DNA from: an uncultured archaeon
GTDB taxonomy: Archaea > Asgardarchaeota > Lokiarchaeia > Sigyniarchaeales > SOKP01
Direction: 5' to 3'
NCBI GenBank assembly: GCA_964447495.1
Contig: CAYUTF010000004.1
Location: forward strand, 24,592 to 88,591
Length of the DNA stretch: 64,000 bases
A program made the position numbers and the translations under genes. The notes below the pieces were generated by a model. That model searched no databases, had not been told where the DNA came from, and saw only the letters and a program-made list of their open reading frames with translations. The stretch's first letter is position 1, and the number at the start of each line of letters is the position of its first letter. Of the stretch, positions 31,076 through 41,442 are shown in pieces.

Positions 31076-31906
31076 TTAAATGAATGCTTTAATATATTCG
31101 ATGCTTTGCTTTAATCCCTTCGCAGAGGATAATTCAATAATTAAAGATCCTTTATAATTATAATTTTTAATAGTATTAAGTATCCTTTTAAAATCTATTT
31201 TCCCACTACCAAGCGGAGGATGAGGATCTGCTTCCTTAGTATAATTATCAACAAGATGAACGTTTTTTATTACATTATATATTTCTTTCCATAGAAGATT
31301 GACATCTCCTGTATTTGTATAATAATGACTTGTATCAAAAGTCATAAAAAGGTCGTTTCTATTTACACTTTTAAAGATATCGATAATATTGTTATGATCA
31401 AGCATAATAAAGGTGTCTTTTGGCATATTTTCTAAAGCTACAATAAAATTTTGATCATTAATGGAATCTATTAAATTATTTAAAGCTTTTACGAGTTGTA
31501 TTTTATTATATTCTCTAAGTGATTTAATCATAGAATTCGCTACCCCTGGATGGATAGTCATTAAATTAATGCTTAATTCTTTGCAAATTTTGTAGGTTTC
31601 GATGTAAGCTTCTATAGAGGCGAGAGAAATCGTCGAATTATGAGAACAGAGGCTTATATCAATATAAGGGCCATGAACTTGTTTTTTGATAGAATAAGAT
31701 CGAATTAGGTTAAAAAATTTATGTTTTGAATCCTCTCTGAGCAAATCTTGAGGTTCGATGACTATTTCTACAACATTAATATCATTTTCTTCGGCAAAGT
31801 TTAAACAAGTTTCTGTTGCTTCATAAAAATTCTTAAACATGTCATTGAATTTGTTAGCTATGGCAAAATCAATGAGATGTCCAAGTGTACTAATTCCTAA
31901 TTGCAT
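31076..31906 (-). CDS. sugar phosphate isomerase/epimerase (AP-endonuclease-2 TIM barrel)
   Basis: HGPYID, TIHPG, LENMP, FDTSH, VHLVD, H..LGSG, IIE. Confidence 0.85.
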   Translation of the reverse strand: MQLGISTLGHLIDFAIANKFNDMFKNFYEATETCLNFAEENDINVVEIVIEPQDLLREDSKHKFFNLIRSYSIKKQVHGPYIDISLCSHNSTISLASIEAYIETYKICKELSINLMTIHPGVANSMIKSLREYNKIQLVKALNNLIDSINDQNFIVALENMPKDTFIMLDHNNIIDIFKSVNRNDLFMTFDTSHYYTNTGDVNLLWKEIYNVIKNVHLVDNYTKEADPHPPLGSGKIDFKRILNTIKNYNYKGSLIIELSSAKGLKQSIEYIKAFI

Positions 31907-31927
31907 TATTGAACACTTTAATTATGT

Positions 31928-32608
31928 TTATAGATCTTTAAGCATATTTCGAGGGCAATTAGAAAACAATGTTTTAAACATATTTTTAAATTTATCCAAA
32001 GGCTCCTTATCTAGAACATAAGGATTACCTATTTGTAGTGCCCCCCAATACACTTTTGCTAATTTTTCTACGAATTCCGCATTTTTAACAGCATTTGGAA
32101 TAGATTTTCCACATACAATAACTCCATGATTTGCTAAGAGGGCTCCGTTCTTATATCCCAATGCTATAAGAGCAGATTCACCTATATCATCTGTATGAGC
32201 TTCTCCATAGGGTGATATATCTATTGAGCCCCCCAGGTAAATAACCTGTTCTTCCATAATAATAGGAATGTTTTTTCTAACTATAGAAAGCATAGATGCA
32301 TAGGTTGAATGGGTATGAATGACGCATTTTACTTTAGGACGCGATTTATAAAGCACGGAGTGTAATTTAACTTCTGTTGAAGGTAATTTTCCAGAGCTTA
32401 ATGCTGTGCCATCAAATGTTATATGTACGATTTGATCAGCTGTAAATGTTTGATAATTATTTCCTGTAGGGGTTATTAACAGTTCATCTTTTTTTGGAAT
32501 TCTAAGACTAATGTTTCCTTCATTATTTTCTAATATACCTTTATTAAATAAATCTCTTCCAGCATTAACTATTTCTTCCCTTAAACTATTTAGATAGTCA
32601 TCATCCAT
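31928..32608 (-). CDS. class II aldolase (FucA-like)
   Basis: GNISLR, ITPTG, PSTEVKLH, HTH, LANHG. Confidence 0.9.
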   Translation of the reverse strand: MDDDYLNSLREEIVNAGRDLFNKGILENNEGNISLRIPKKDELLITPTGNNYQTFTADQIVHITFDGTALSSGKLPSTEVKLHSVLYKSRPKVKCVIHTHSTYASMLSIVRKNIPIIMEEQVIYLGGSIDISPYGEAHTDDIGESALIALGYKNGALLANHGVIVCGKSIPNAVKNAEFVEKLAKVYWGALQIGNPYVLDKEPLDKFKNMFKTLFSNCPRNMLKDL

Positions 32609-32831
32609 ATTTTAACATCTCAAAAAATTAATATATTTAAGAGTAATAAAAATGCAATTTAAATAAAATATTCGATACAAATATTTGGAAATTGCTAATA
32701 ATTTATTAAAATCAGAAGATTGTCGCTTTGGTAGTTAATAAACAATAATTCTAGATGGTCATTTTTTTTAAAAGGTTTCTAATTATTTCATTTTTGACAC
32801 ATTAAAAAATAGTTTTAAATTACGATGATAT

Positions 32832-33920
32832 ATGTCTCGAATAATTTTTCATTGTGATATAGATTGTTTCTTTGCTGCTGTAGAGATTCGAGATAACATT
32901 GAATATAGGAACAAGCCAGTCATTATTGGGGCTGATCCTAAGGAAGGAAAAGGGCGTGGTGTAGTATCAACATGTTCTTATGAAGCAAGAGAATTCGGGT
33001 TGCACTCTGCAATGCCAATTTCAAAAGCTTATAGATTATGTCCCAATGGTATCTATTTAAAGCCAAATTTTAATAAATACCAAAAAGCCTCTAAAGAGGT
33101 TATACAGATTCTAAGATCATACTCCCCTAAAATTCAACAAGTAAGCATAGATGAGGCTTATCTTGATATGACTGAAATTTGCTCTTCTTTCGAGGAAGCG
33201 AAACAACTAGCAAAAAGGATTCAGGAAGTGATATTTAATAATGTTGGAATTACAATATCTATAGGATGTGCTTCTAGTAAATCTATTGCTAAAATAGCAT
33301 CAGATTATAATAAACCAAATGGAATAACGATCGTAAAAGATGAAGAAAGAACCGAATTTCTTAAGGATATGGATATAACGCGAATTCCAGGCATAGGAAA
33401 AAAGTCTAAATTGTATTATAGCAAAAAAGGTATCAATACAATTGGAGATATTATTCGTTTGTCGCGATATCAGATGATTGAAAAATTTGGAAAAAATGGA
33501 GAATGGGTCTGGAATGTTGCAAATGGTTTAGATATGAGAGAAGTGAAAGAGTTCCATGATGAGAGAAAATCAATTAGTAAAGAAAGAACTTTTTATGAGG
33601 ATACAAATAATTTTAAAGAAATAATTTCAAAATTGGAAGAAATTAATAACAAAATTCATAATAAATTAGAAAAAAAGGAGATTTTTTATCGGACAGTGAC
33701 TCTGAAGATAAGATTTGAAGGCTTTCAAACTTATACAAGGTCTAGATCCTTTTCCAACTATATAAGAAATAGAAATAAAGCCTTAAGAATTATCATCGAA
33801 TTGATGAGGGAATTTCGAAGTAAAAATAAGAAAGTTAGATTAGTTGGTGTTCGAATCTCTAATTTAAAAACAAAGTTAAATAACGCACAAACCAATATGT
33901 TGAATTATATTCAAATATAA
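32832..33920 (+). CDS. dinB: DNA polymerase IV (Y family)
   Basis: HCDIDCFFAAVE, SYEAR, SIDEAYLD, AKIASD..KPNG; C-terminal PIP-like QTNMLNY. Confidence 0.93.
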   Translation: MSRIIFHCDIDCFFAAVEIRDNIEYRNKPVIIGADPKEGKGRGVVSTCSYEAREFGLHSAMPISKAYRLCPNGIYLKPNFNKYQKASKEVIQILRSYSPKIQQVSIDEAYLDMTEICSSFEEAKQLAKRIQEVIFNNVGITISIGCASSKSIAKIASDYNKPNGITIVKDEERTEFLKDMDITRIPGIGKKSKLYYSKKGINTIGDIIRLSRYQMIEKFGKNGEWVWNVANGLDMREVKEFHDERKSISKERTFYEDTNNFKEIISKLEEINNKIHNKLEKKEIFYRTVTLKIRFEGFQTYTRSRSFSNYIRNRNKALRIIIELMREFRSKNKKVRLVGVRISNLKTKLNNAQTNMLNYIQI

Positions 33921-33936
33921 TTATAAAATTTAAGTG

Positions 33937-34866
33937 TTAGTTAAAGATATTACTATTATTTCTTATTGCTTCTAAAATCTCCTTATGAAAGTTTCCATTT
34001 GAGGAAATAAGTCCCGGTGCAGTTATGACGCATTTATTTTGCACATATTGGGCTGGTTTTCCATTTAGATCAGTTACAACCCCACCCGCTTCATTTACCA
34101 ATAAATCTCCGGGTAAAAAATCCCAAATATAAGAAAGATCCATTTTCATCGGTTTAAGATATAACTCAGCGGATCCATCCGCAATCATGCAGAATTTAGC
34201 CATACTATCTATTTGAATAAATTTTTCTATTCCTAATATTTTAGCTAATTTCATCACCCATGGCTCATCATAATGTAATGAATGGCATAAAAAAGATTGG
34301 TTTATATTTTTTTGTTCACTCACTTTAATCGTTACGAATTTTTTGCCACCATAAGATGCTTGAGCACCATGATTTTTATTTGCAACGAATATTGCTACGC
34401 CCTCCTCATTATAATTCGGAACACCGATAATACTAAGTGTTTTTTCATAATTAGACATTAATCCTATACCTATAGCATAAGATAAACCTTCTTGGTAACC
34501 CTTTGTTCCATCAATTGGATCAATAGACCATTGTCTTTCAGATTTAGGTCCTCTATAGTTAAGAATGTCTCTGAAATTAAGTTTAACATTGAGATTTAAA
34601 GCATTAAAGCAGTTTTGTATTATTTTTTCAGGCCTCAAATTAAGTTGAGAGGAATAACTTTCTTCAGCGACTATTGAATCATTGGGATAAATTTCTTTCA
34701 GTTTACTAATTATATAAATTTGGGAAGCATAATCCGCAAGAGTGACGGGAGATTTATCTTGTTTTATATATGATTGATAACCCTCTTCCCTGAACCATTC
34801 AGTTATGTTAATAGCGTTTTTGATTATTGCAATCATTAATTGAATATCTTTATTATTATCAATCAT
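33937..34866 (-). CDS. 3'(2'),5'-bisphosphate nucleotidase / inositol monophosphatase family
   Basis: KQDKSPVTLADY, DPIDGTKG, WD...G...EAGGVVTD. Confidence 0.88.
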   Translation of the reverse strand: MIDNNKDIQLMIAIIKNAINITEWFREEGYQSYIKQDKSPVTLADYASQIYIISKLKEIYPNDSIVAEESYSSQLNLRPEKIIQNCFNALNLNVKLNFRDILNYRGPKSERQWSIDPIDGTKGYQEGLSYAIGIGLMSNYEKTLSIIGVPNYNEEGVAIFVANKNHGAQASYGGKKFVTIKVSEQKNINQSFLCHSLHYDEPWVMKLAKILGIEKFIQIDSMAKFCMIADGSAELYLKPMKMDLSYIWDFLPGDLLVNEAGGVVTDLNGKPAQYVQNKCVITAPGLISSNGNFHKEILEAIRNNSNIFN

Positions 34867-35044
34867 TTTCCTAATGAAAAATTTTGATTTTATTATTGAT
34901 ATATTGTAAAAAATTAACCTTCTTAATTTAGATTTTTTTTCTTTTTTTATAAATTAAAAATATATTGGATAGATCTTTTTATGTTCTATAACCTAAACTT
35001 ATATTATTATTTCCTAACTGATATTAATTAATAAAATAATAAGG

Positions 35045-35410
35045 ATGAGATTATATTTGAAAGCATTAGGAATTGTGTTTTTATATGATAGAAATATAGG
35101 CAATCCTGAAGAGATGTCGAAAAAGTTTAGTGAATATTTCACAAATGTTACTGAAAATCTGGTTATAGAAAAATTAGTTCAATTGGCTAATTTAAAAGAA
35201 ATTATGGATGCTGGAAGGATTTATTGGGCAGGAATTAAAGACGATTTCCAAAAAGTAATAAATGATGAAGAAATGATTGGTAAACTCGCTTGGAAAGTGT
35301 TTAAAGATCACTCCGCTATTGAACCCTCTGATGAGGTCAAATCGTTAATATACAATGAGAAGAAAGTACCTTGGAATTTTCCATTAATGGTATGCGTACT
35401 ATACAAATGA
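35045..35410 (+). CDS. hypothetical protein
   Basis: 121-aa ORF filling the gap between convergent genes; no motif recognised. Confidence 0.7.
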   Translation: MRLYLKALGIVFLYDRNIGNPEEMSKKFSEYFTNVTENLVIEKLVQLANLKEIMDAGRIYWAGIKDDFQKVINDEEMIGKLAWKVFKDHSAIEPSDEVKSLIYNEKKVPWNFPLMVCVLYK

Positions 35411-35414
35411 TTCT

Positions 35415-37487
35415 CTAATTAGATATGATTCTTTTTATTTCATTTAGGTAATAATCATTCGAATAGGGTAAGGATTCAGAAATTTTAGTTGTATTAGACT
35501 CCTTAATTTTTTGTAATTCATAATTAAGCATTTTTGCTAACCAAAATACAGTATATAATTCAACTTGTTTATGAAATTCCGAATTTATAACATGATAATT
35601 TTTATATCCGCTTAAAAATGAATTTATAATGTCAGTATTTTTAAACAAATCAAATGTAAAGAAATATAACTTTATAAAATCTTGAGCTTTTACACCTACT
35701 CTCCAATCATCAAAATCAATTATCCCATTTATATCGATTTTCCCAGATTCTTCTTTAACTATAATATTGCTCAATTGAAAATCATTATGAATAAGTACGG
35801 GATTTTCCTCAATTTGTATAAGGGATTCATGATCTTTAAAATATTTTATTAAATCTATAACAATATCTATTTTATTTTTTTTTAATTCTTGAAGCTCTTG
35901 ATCTAGTTCTGCATTAAAAATGTCTATCCAGTGCTTCGTAGATTCTTTACCAATATCATTAATATCTTCTTGAAAAGAATTAAATTTGATATTATGTAAT
36001 TTTCCTAAAAGATCACCTAGATTATAAAATAAATTAAGAAATTTGGTCCTTGATAAGTTCACTTTTTCTTCATCTAATAATCTATCTAACGATTTTCCAT
36101 GTAGGTATTCTTGTATACTGAAATTATATGGTATTCTTTCCTTAGTTTCATCATAATATAATAAGCTACTTACTGGAATAACGGGTGGTTTATCCTTATC
36201 AAAAATATATTCACCTTTATGAGTAGTGATAAGTTGTTTAATAACTTCTCGTAAATTAGGGATGTTGCTATTAAGCGAACCATCAAGGAAAGGAAAAATT
36301 ATTTTTTCTTTTATTATATCTTCAAATTTGTAATATTTAGAAGTATGAAATCGAAATAGTAAATTTGATTTCTCAAAATTCACTCTATATATTGTATTAA
36401 TATTTGAGGTAAAGGGCCCAATTACTTTTTTAATTTTACCTTGATCCAATAAAACTTTAATATCAGAAAAGATTTTGATGATATCGTTTAGCTGATAAAT
36501 CTCTTTTTTACCTAGCGAATACAATTTATAAATGTATTTTTGATTAATTAAAAAATTTACAGTCGCATTGATTCTTCCTATTGTAATTTCATCTAAGTTT
36601 CTCTTGAGTTCTGGAGATAGATTAAAATTATACTCTAAAGGAGTAGATATAATATCTTTATAAAGGTAAAGAAAAGCATACTTTAAACCTCTTCTAACTT
36701 TTCCCTCATCAATTTTGATATCATAAATTTTTGTGAAAAGATCATTTAACTCATCTTGATATTGATGCATTTCTAATATCTTCTCCTCTAGTGCACAATA
36801 GTAGATTTTAGAGCATAAATTCACTAAGTTACTAATACTTGGAACAATTCCACTTATTTTATAGTGCTCTGGGGGTAAAATTTGGAAATATTTTTGAAAA
36901 TTTCGCTCATTACAACAAAATACCGAAAAATTATCACTTATGATGGAAGAATAAAACTTGGCATAGTTTATATTTTCAAAATCATCGATGAGCCCTCTTA
37001 AATTTGAAAACTCACTTATTCTAGTAATAATTTCAGGATTTACTTCGTTGCCATGAAACTTAATAGGGTTGTTATAGAGTATTAAGGGATTTTTTATATT
37101 AATTGAACTAAAAATATTTTCAAAATAAGAAATCAATGATGAGTTATTTTCATATAGTGGTGGAGCAAGGACAAAGATTAATTTTGGATATCTTTTTCCT
37201 AATTCATTTAATTGATCAATTGCATTTTCTTCATCATTTCCAATGATATTTAAAAGAATTGGTGTCTTATTTCCAGAAATTTCGTAAGTGAGATCAATTA
37301 AGTTATAAATTTGCTCGTTATCCTCAGAAAAAAGTAAACCCTCCCCTATTCGACTGAGAAGGAGTATAGCATCAGCTCCATTTATGAGTAAATGCTTAAT
37401 TAATAGTGTCTGAATTTCACTATTTATAATATGATTTTCATCAAAGAAAGTCAAAGAAGGAACAATAACACCGTTTAGACCCATCAT
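35415..37487 (-). CDS. DHDPS-like TIM barrel (degenerate) fused to APH/choline-kinase-like phosphotransferase
   Basis: N-terminus GVIVPSLTFF, SRIGE, LYNNP; C-terminus LGKLH, LIHNDFQLSNI, GIIDFDD. Confidence 0.8.
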   Translation of the reverse strand: MMGLNGVIVPSLTFFDENHIINSEIQTLLIKHLLINGADAILLLSRIGEGLLFSEDNEQIYNLIDLTYEISGNKTPILLNIIGNDEENAIDQLNELGKRYPKLIFVLAPPLYENNSSLISYFENIFSSINIKNPLILYNNPIKFHGNEVNPEIITRISEFSNLRGLIDDFENINYAKFYSSIISDNFSVFCCNERNFQKYFQILPPEHYKISGIVPSISNLVNLCSKIYYCALEEKILEMHQYQDELNDLFTKIYDIKIDEGKVRRGLKYAFLYLYKDIISTPLEYNFNLSPELKRNLDEITIGRINATVNFLINQKYIYKLYSLGKKEIYQLNDIIKIFSDIKVLLDQGKIKKVIGPFTSNINTIYRVNFEKSNLLFRFHTSKYYKFEDIIKEKIIFPFLDGSLNSNIPNLREVIKQLITTHKGEYIFDKDKPPVIPVSSLLYYDETKERIPYNFSIQEYLHGKSLDRLLDEEKVNLSRTKFLNLFYNLGDLLGKLHNIKFNSFQEDINDIGKESTKHWIDIFNAELDQELQELKKNKIDIVIDLIKYFKDHESLIQIEENPVLIHNDFQLSNIIVKEESGKIDINGIIDFDDWRVGVKAQDFIKLYFFTFDLFKNTDIINSFLSGYKNYHVINSEFHKQVELYTVFWLAKMLNYELQKIKESNTTKISESLPYSNDYYLNEIKRIISN

Positions 37488-37682
37488 TTATTTCACCTTT
37501 TATGTGCTAATAAATTTGTCTCATCTATTCGCAGTTAAGATTTTTCTTTTGAATTATTCCCTCTTAGATTAATTAAATATTCACTTAATATTGCTTAATA
37601 ATTTTTCATACTTTAATTATAATTACTTAATTTTAACAATAGTGTGGAATTTATATGTAAGAGTAAAATCTATGGGAAAAAA

Positions 37683-39365
37683 TTAAATCTTTTTTGATTC
37701 CTTGAAAATCTCGAAAATATCCTTCTCATAATCGATTGTATCCTCAGGTAGTAAATTTGGGTCTTTTAGCAACTTAGCTAGGTAATAAATTTTTGCGCCA
37801 CGTTCTAAATATTTAAGAACCATATAAGCGCCATCTAAGTGACTTCCACAGCAGATATTTCCATGATTAGCAAGCAACACAGCATTATTTTCTTCAAGGC
37901 CTTTTACTACATTATTTGCTAATTCTTCCGTACCAGCTTCACCATATTCAGCACATACAATCTCCCCCCCTAAATATGGTACTAATTCTTCAATAATCGG
38001 GGGTAACGACAAATTTAGAGTACTCAAGATTGTAGAATATATCCCATGCGCGTGAATAATAGCATTTACATCTTCTCTAGCTTTATAGATACCCAAATGA
38101 AGATGCTTTTCCACTGAAGGATTTCTCTCTCCTTCGATAACCTTTCCTTCTAAATTTATTATTAAAATGTCCTCGGGTTTCATTTCATCGTATCTTACGT
38201 TGCTTGGAGTAATTAAAATCATTTGTTTTCCTTCAAATATTATGCGCATGCTTACATTTCCAGCAGATCCGATAACATATTCTTCATTTAATAAGTTATT
38301 ACATAAATCTAAAATCTGCTTTTTTTTATTATAGAGCGCTTCATTTAATTTTGAATTTATCTGAGGATGATTTTTGAGAACTTCAGGATTTAAAATGTTA
38401 GTTAGTGGTTCTTTATTTAACCATGCTTTTAAATCTCTTAGTATCATGTTAGATTGTCTTTGAATTACATCAATTGTATTCCCACCAAAATGAGGACTCA
38501 CTATGACATTTTCTAAGTCTAAAAATTCGTTATCTTCATCGATCGGTTCCAAGGGAAATACATCTAAAGCTGCACCAGCGATTTTTTTTTCTTTTAAAGC
38601 GTTGAACAGAGCATCATAATCTACTATACTTCCTTTTGCTAAATTTATAATATATGCTGATTTCTTCATCATTGCTATTCTTTTTTCATTTATTAAATTA
38701 TCATTATCATCTGTAGCTACCGCATGGATGGTAATGAAATCAGATTCTCTTATTATTGTATCTAATTCAACTTTTTCTCCATAATCCGAAATAATTTCAT
38801 CTGATAAAAAGGGATCATATATTAGATTTACACAGCCAAACGCTTTTAATATTTTAGCTACCTTACGACCGATCGCTCCTAAACCAATTATGCCAATTTT
38901 TTTGTTTAATAATTCTATTCCCATATATTTATTATACACATCAACCCAATCTTCAAAATCAACAATTGTAAAATTTTTAGAATGTAAAAATCTATCTAAG
39001 GGTGTTAAATTTCTTGCTAGGCAGATCATATATCCCAAAGTTAACTCTGCGACAGCATCAACATTCCTTAAAGGAGTATAAAGAATTGGTAAATTTTTTT
39101 TATTCGCAGCTTTAAGATTCACATTAAAAGGGTCTCCTCTACAAGTCGCTATTAATTTCAATTTAGTTAGCTCAAAAAATTCATCTTTTTTTAAATCATC
39201 GGCAGCAGTGATAAAGATATCATATCCTTCCAACTTCTCAAGTAATTCTTTAGCATCAAAATAAATTATTCCAGTGTCCCTCCAGCTTTCATATGTCACC
39301 TCCATTAGATTCTCTAATTTTTTGAGTACTTCTTTAGTTAAGCTAGCTGTGATTAATGCTTTCAT
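37683..39365 (-). CDS. D-2-hydroxyacid dehydrogenase fused to class II aldolase
   Basis: GLGAIG, INLAKG, ALDVFPLEP, SPHFGG; then GNVS, ITPS, PSVEKHLH, HAH, LANHG. Confidence 0.88.
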   Translation of the reverse strand: MKALITASLTKEVLKKLENLMEVTYESWRDTGIIYFDAKELLEKLEGYDIFITAADDLKKDEFFELTKLKLIATCRGDPFNVNLKAANKKNLPILYTPLRNVDAVAELTLGYMICLARNLTPLDRFLHSKNFTIVDFEDWVDVYNKYMGIELLNKKIGIIGLGAIGRKVAKILKAFGCVNLIYDPFLSDEIISDYGEKVELDTIIRESDFITIHAVATDDNDNLINEKRIAMMKKSAYIINLAKGSIVDYDALFNALKEKKIAGAALDVFPLEPIDEDNEFLDLENVIVSPHFGGNTIDVIQRQSNMILRDLKAWLNKEPLTNILNPEVLKNHPQINSKLNEALYNKKKQILDLCNNLLNEEYVIGSAGNVSMRIIFEGKQMILITPSNVRYDEMKPEDILIINLEGKVIEGERNPSVEKHLHLGIYKAREDVNAIIHAHGIYSTILSTLNLSLPPIIEELVPYLGGEIVCAEYGEAGTEELANNVVKGLEENNAVLLANHGNICCGSHLDGAYMVLKYLERGAKIYYLAKLLKDPNLLPEDTIDYEKDIFEIFKESKKI

Positions 39366-39467
39366 AATTTTTTACCTAATGTTTTTTAAATACTTTAATT
39401 AATATTAATTCAAAAATACGGTAATTATATGAAAAATGAATTTAATAAAAAAATGACTGAAAATTTG

Positions 39468-39815
39468 TTAAAACATTAAACTTTTTAGTTTCATAAGATT
39501 ACGAATTTTTCCCTCAACAACTTTAATTTTTCCTGCAGAATATGCTTTAACCGCTCCAATTTCTTTATTAAATAAATCAAGCATCACTTTTTCTGATGAA
39601 AATTCAATTTTAACTGGAGCATTATCATCACTGCTATTATCCTTTACTTCAATCCCTTGATCCTTATTAATTAATAATAAAACTTTATGCTGATTATCTA
39701 AAAATGTAAGTTGAATTGGTTCATCGTAATTGGCTAATTTTTTTCTAGCTTTTTCATCATTATTATAACGATTTTCTATTTCTTGCAAACATGATTCTAT
39801 CTTCTCTAAAGACAT
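39468..39815 (-). CDS. SCP2 sterol/lipid-binding domain protein
   Basis: C-terminal AVKAYSAGKIKVVEGKIRNLMKL matches the SCP2 pattern A...GK.KV.G....MKL. Confidence 0.72.
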   Translation of the reverse strand: MSLEKIESCLQEIENRYNNDEKARKKLANYDEPIQLTFLDNQHKVLLLINKDQGIEVKDNSSDDNAPVKIEFSSEKVMLDLFNKEIGAVKAYSAGKIKVVEGKIRNLMKLKSLMF

Positions 39816-39907
39816 CTAAAAGCACTCATTGATTTTTTTAATTGAAAGATATAATTTAGATAAGAATGTAATATGTATTTAAATATATTTGGCTTTTAAA
39901 ATGAAGA

Positions 39908-41416
39908 CTATAATTTATCAACCTTATTTTTAATATTTTTCCATTGTGCATATATTTCTTTATACTTCTCTGAGATTGATGAATCACTTGATATAATTTC
40001 AAATTTGATAAATTCTTCTATGAAAGACCGATAATCTTTAAAATAATCTAGAGCTTTCAAAGTATTCATTGCAGCCCCGATAAAAGAGGAATCCTTAAAT
40101 TCAGGCACATTTAAATCTGTATCTAATACATTAGCAATCACTTTCAATATTTCTTTTGATTTACTCATTCCACCAGCACAAAACACTTTTGAAATTTGAA
40201 AATTGTGAAGTGCCTTAAAGTTTTCATAAATTCCAAATGCGATATTTTCAATAATACTTCTCGCAAAGTCATCGATCTTAGGTAAAACTTCTGATACCAT
40301 CATAGGAGGGGGAAAAACAAAAACACCTCTTTTAATGGAAGTTTGATCTTTAAGGTTCATAAGTTCAGGACCTAAGTAGGCAAAAGTTGATAAGGCTCCA
40401 GGATTTGAGTTTTGAAGGAAAGTATCTATTATAGAATCAGATTCTTCTGAAAACCTTTGTAAAAAACTCTCCTTAAACCAGCTGTATGAAGCACCAGTAT
40501 TACCTGCGTGAGCTTCAATAATCCATTTACCTGAAATCGAATGAAATGATGTCCAAAAAGTTAAATTTGGATCAATGTAAGGTTTATCTATGATTAAATG
40601 TAATGGAGCAGTAGTTCCTAAAGTTATTCCTAAATCAGCATTTTCAATCGCACCCATTCCTAATAATGATGCTTGTGTATCGCCTCCTGATTTAATTATA
40701 GGAATTTTACTGCTTTTTAGTTCAAATTTAGATGTTAGATTTGGTACTAAGTAACCTATAATTGATCCAGACTCAACAATTTGAGGAAGTATATCGGGAT
40801 TTAGATCAAATTTTTCTATGATCTCTGAACTCCAATTACTTTTTTTTATATCTATTAATTGAGACTCTGCTGAAGAGGTTAAATCAGTACAAAATACTCC
40901 TGAGAGTTTGTAAACTAACCAATCATCTAGCATTAAAACCTTATTAATTTTATTGTAAATCTCCTCTTCTTCTTCCTTAAACCATAATAATCTTGCCAAG
41001 CAAAATAATAACGAGGGGTTATGAGCTGTTATTTCAAATAATTCTTCTTCCGAAAACGTATCTTCAATTATATAGGCCGAATCAATCCCTCTTATATCTG
41101 TATTAGGTCCAGCATATATTATTTTTCCTTTTTTGTCTAAAAAAACGGTCGCTATTCTTTGAGCGCAAGTTGAGATACCAATAATCTTATAATTATCAGA
41201 ATGACATTTTTGGATTATATCTTTAATATTAATACAGATTTTATGCCATAAATCATCCATATCGATTCTTTTTGCAAAACCATCTAAATCTTCATTCAAT
41301 ATTTTAATATCCTGACTAGTTGTAAGATTTATCTTTAAATTATCTGATACTAACGCTGTTTTTACAGAATTAGAAGAAATATCTATTGTTAAAATTTTTT
41401 CGATAGGATTATTCAA
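39908..41416 (-). CDS. FGGY family carbohydrate kinase (YoaC/LsrK-like)
   Basis: TIDISSNSVK, AQR, D.RG, GGDTQ, GTTAP, AGGMSKS. Confidence 0.85.
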   Translation of the reverse strand: MNNPIEKILTIDISSNSVKTALVSDNLKINLTTSQDIKILNEDLDGFAKRIDMDDLWHKICINIKDIIQKCHSDNYKIIGISTCAQRIATVFLDKKGKIIYAGPNTDIRGIDSAYIIEDTFSEEELFEITAHNPSLLFCLARLLWFKEEEEEIYNKINKVLMLDDWLVYKLSGVFCTDLTSSAESQLIDIKKSNWSSEIIEKFDLNPDILPQIVESGSIIGYLVPNLTSKFELKSSKIPIIKSGGDTQASLLGMGAIENADLGITLGTTAPLHLIIDKPYIDPNLTFWTSFHSISGKWIIEAHAGNTGASYSWFKESFLQRFSEESDSIIDTFLQNSNPGALSTFAYLGPELMNLKDQTSIKRGVFVFPPPMMVSEVLPKIDDFARSIIENIAFGIYENFKALHNFQISKVFCAGGMSKSKEILKVIANVLDTDLNVPEFKDSSFIGAAMNTLKALDYFKDYRSFIEEFIKFEIISSDSSISEKYKEIYAQWKNIKNKVDKL

Positions 41417-41442
41417 TACTATTCACATTAAATTATCGTTTA

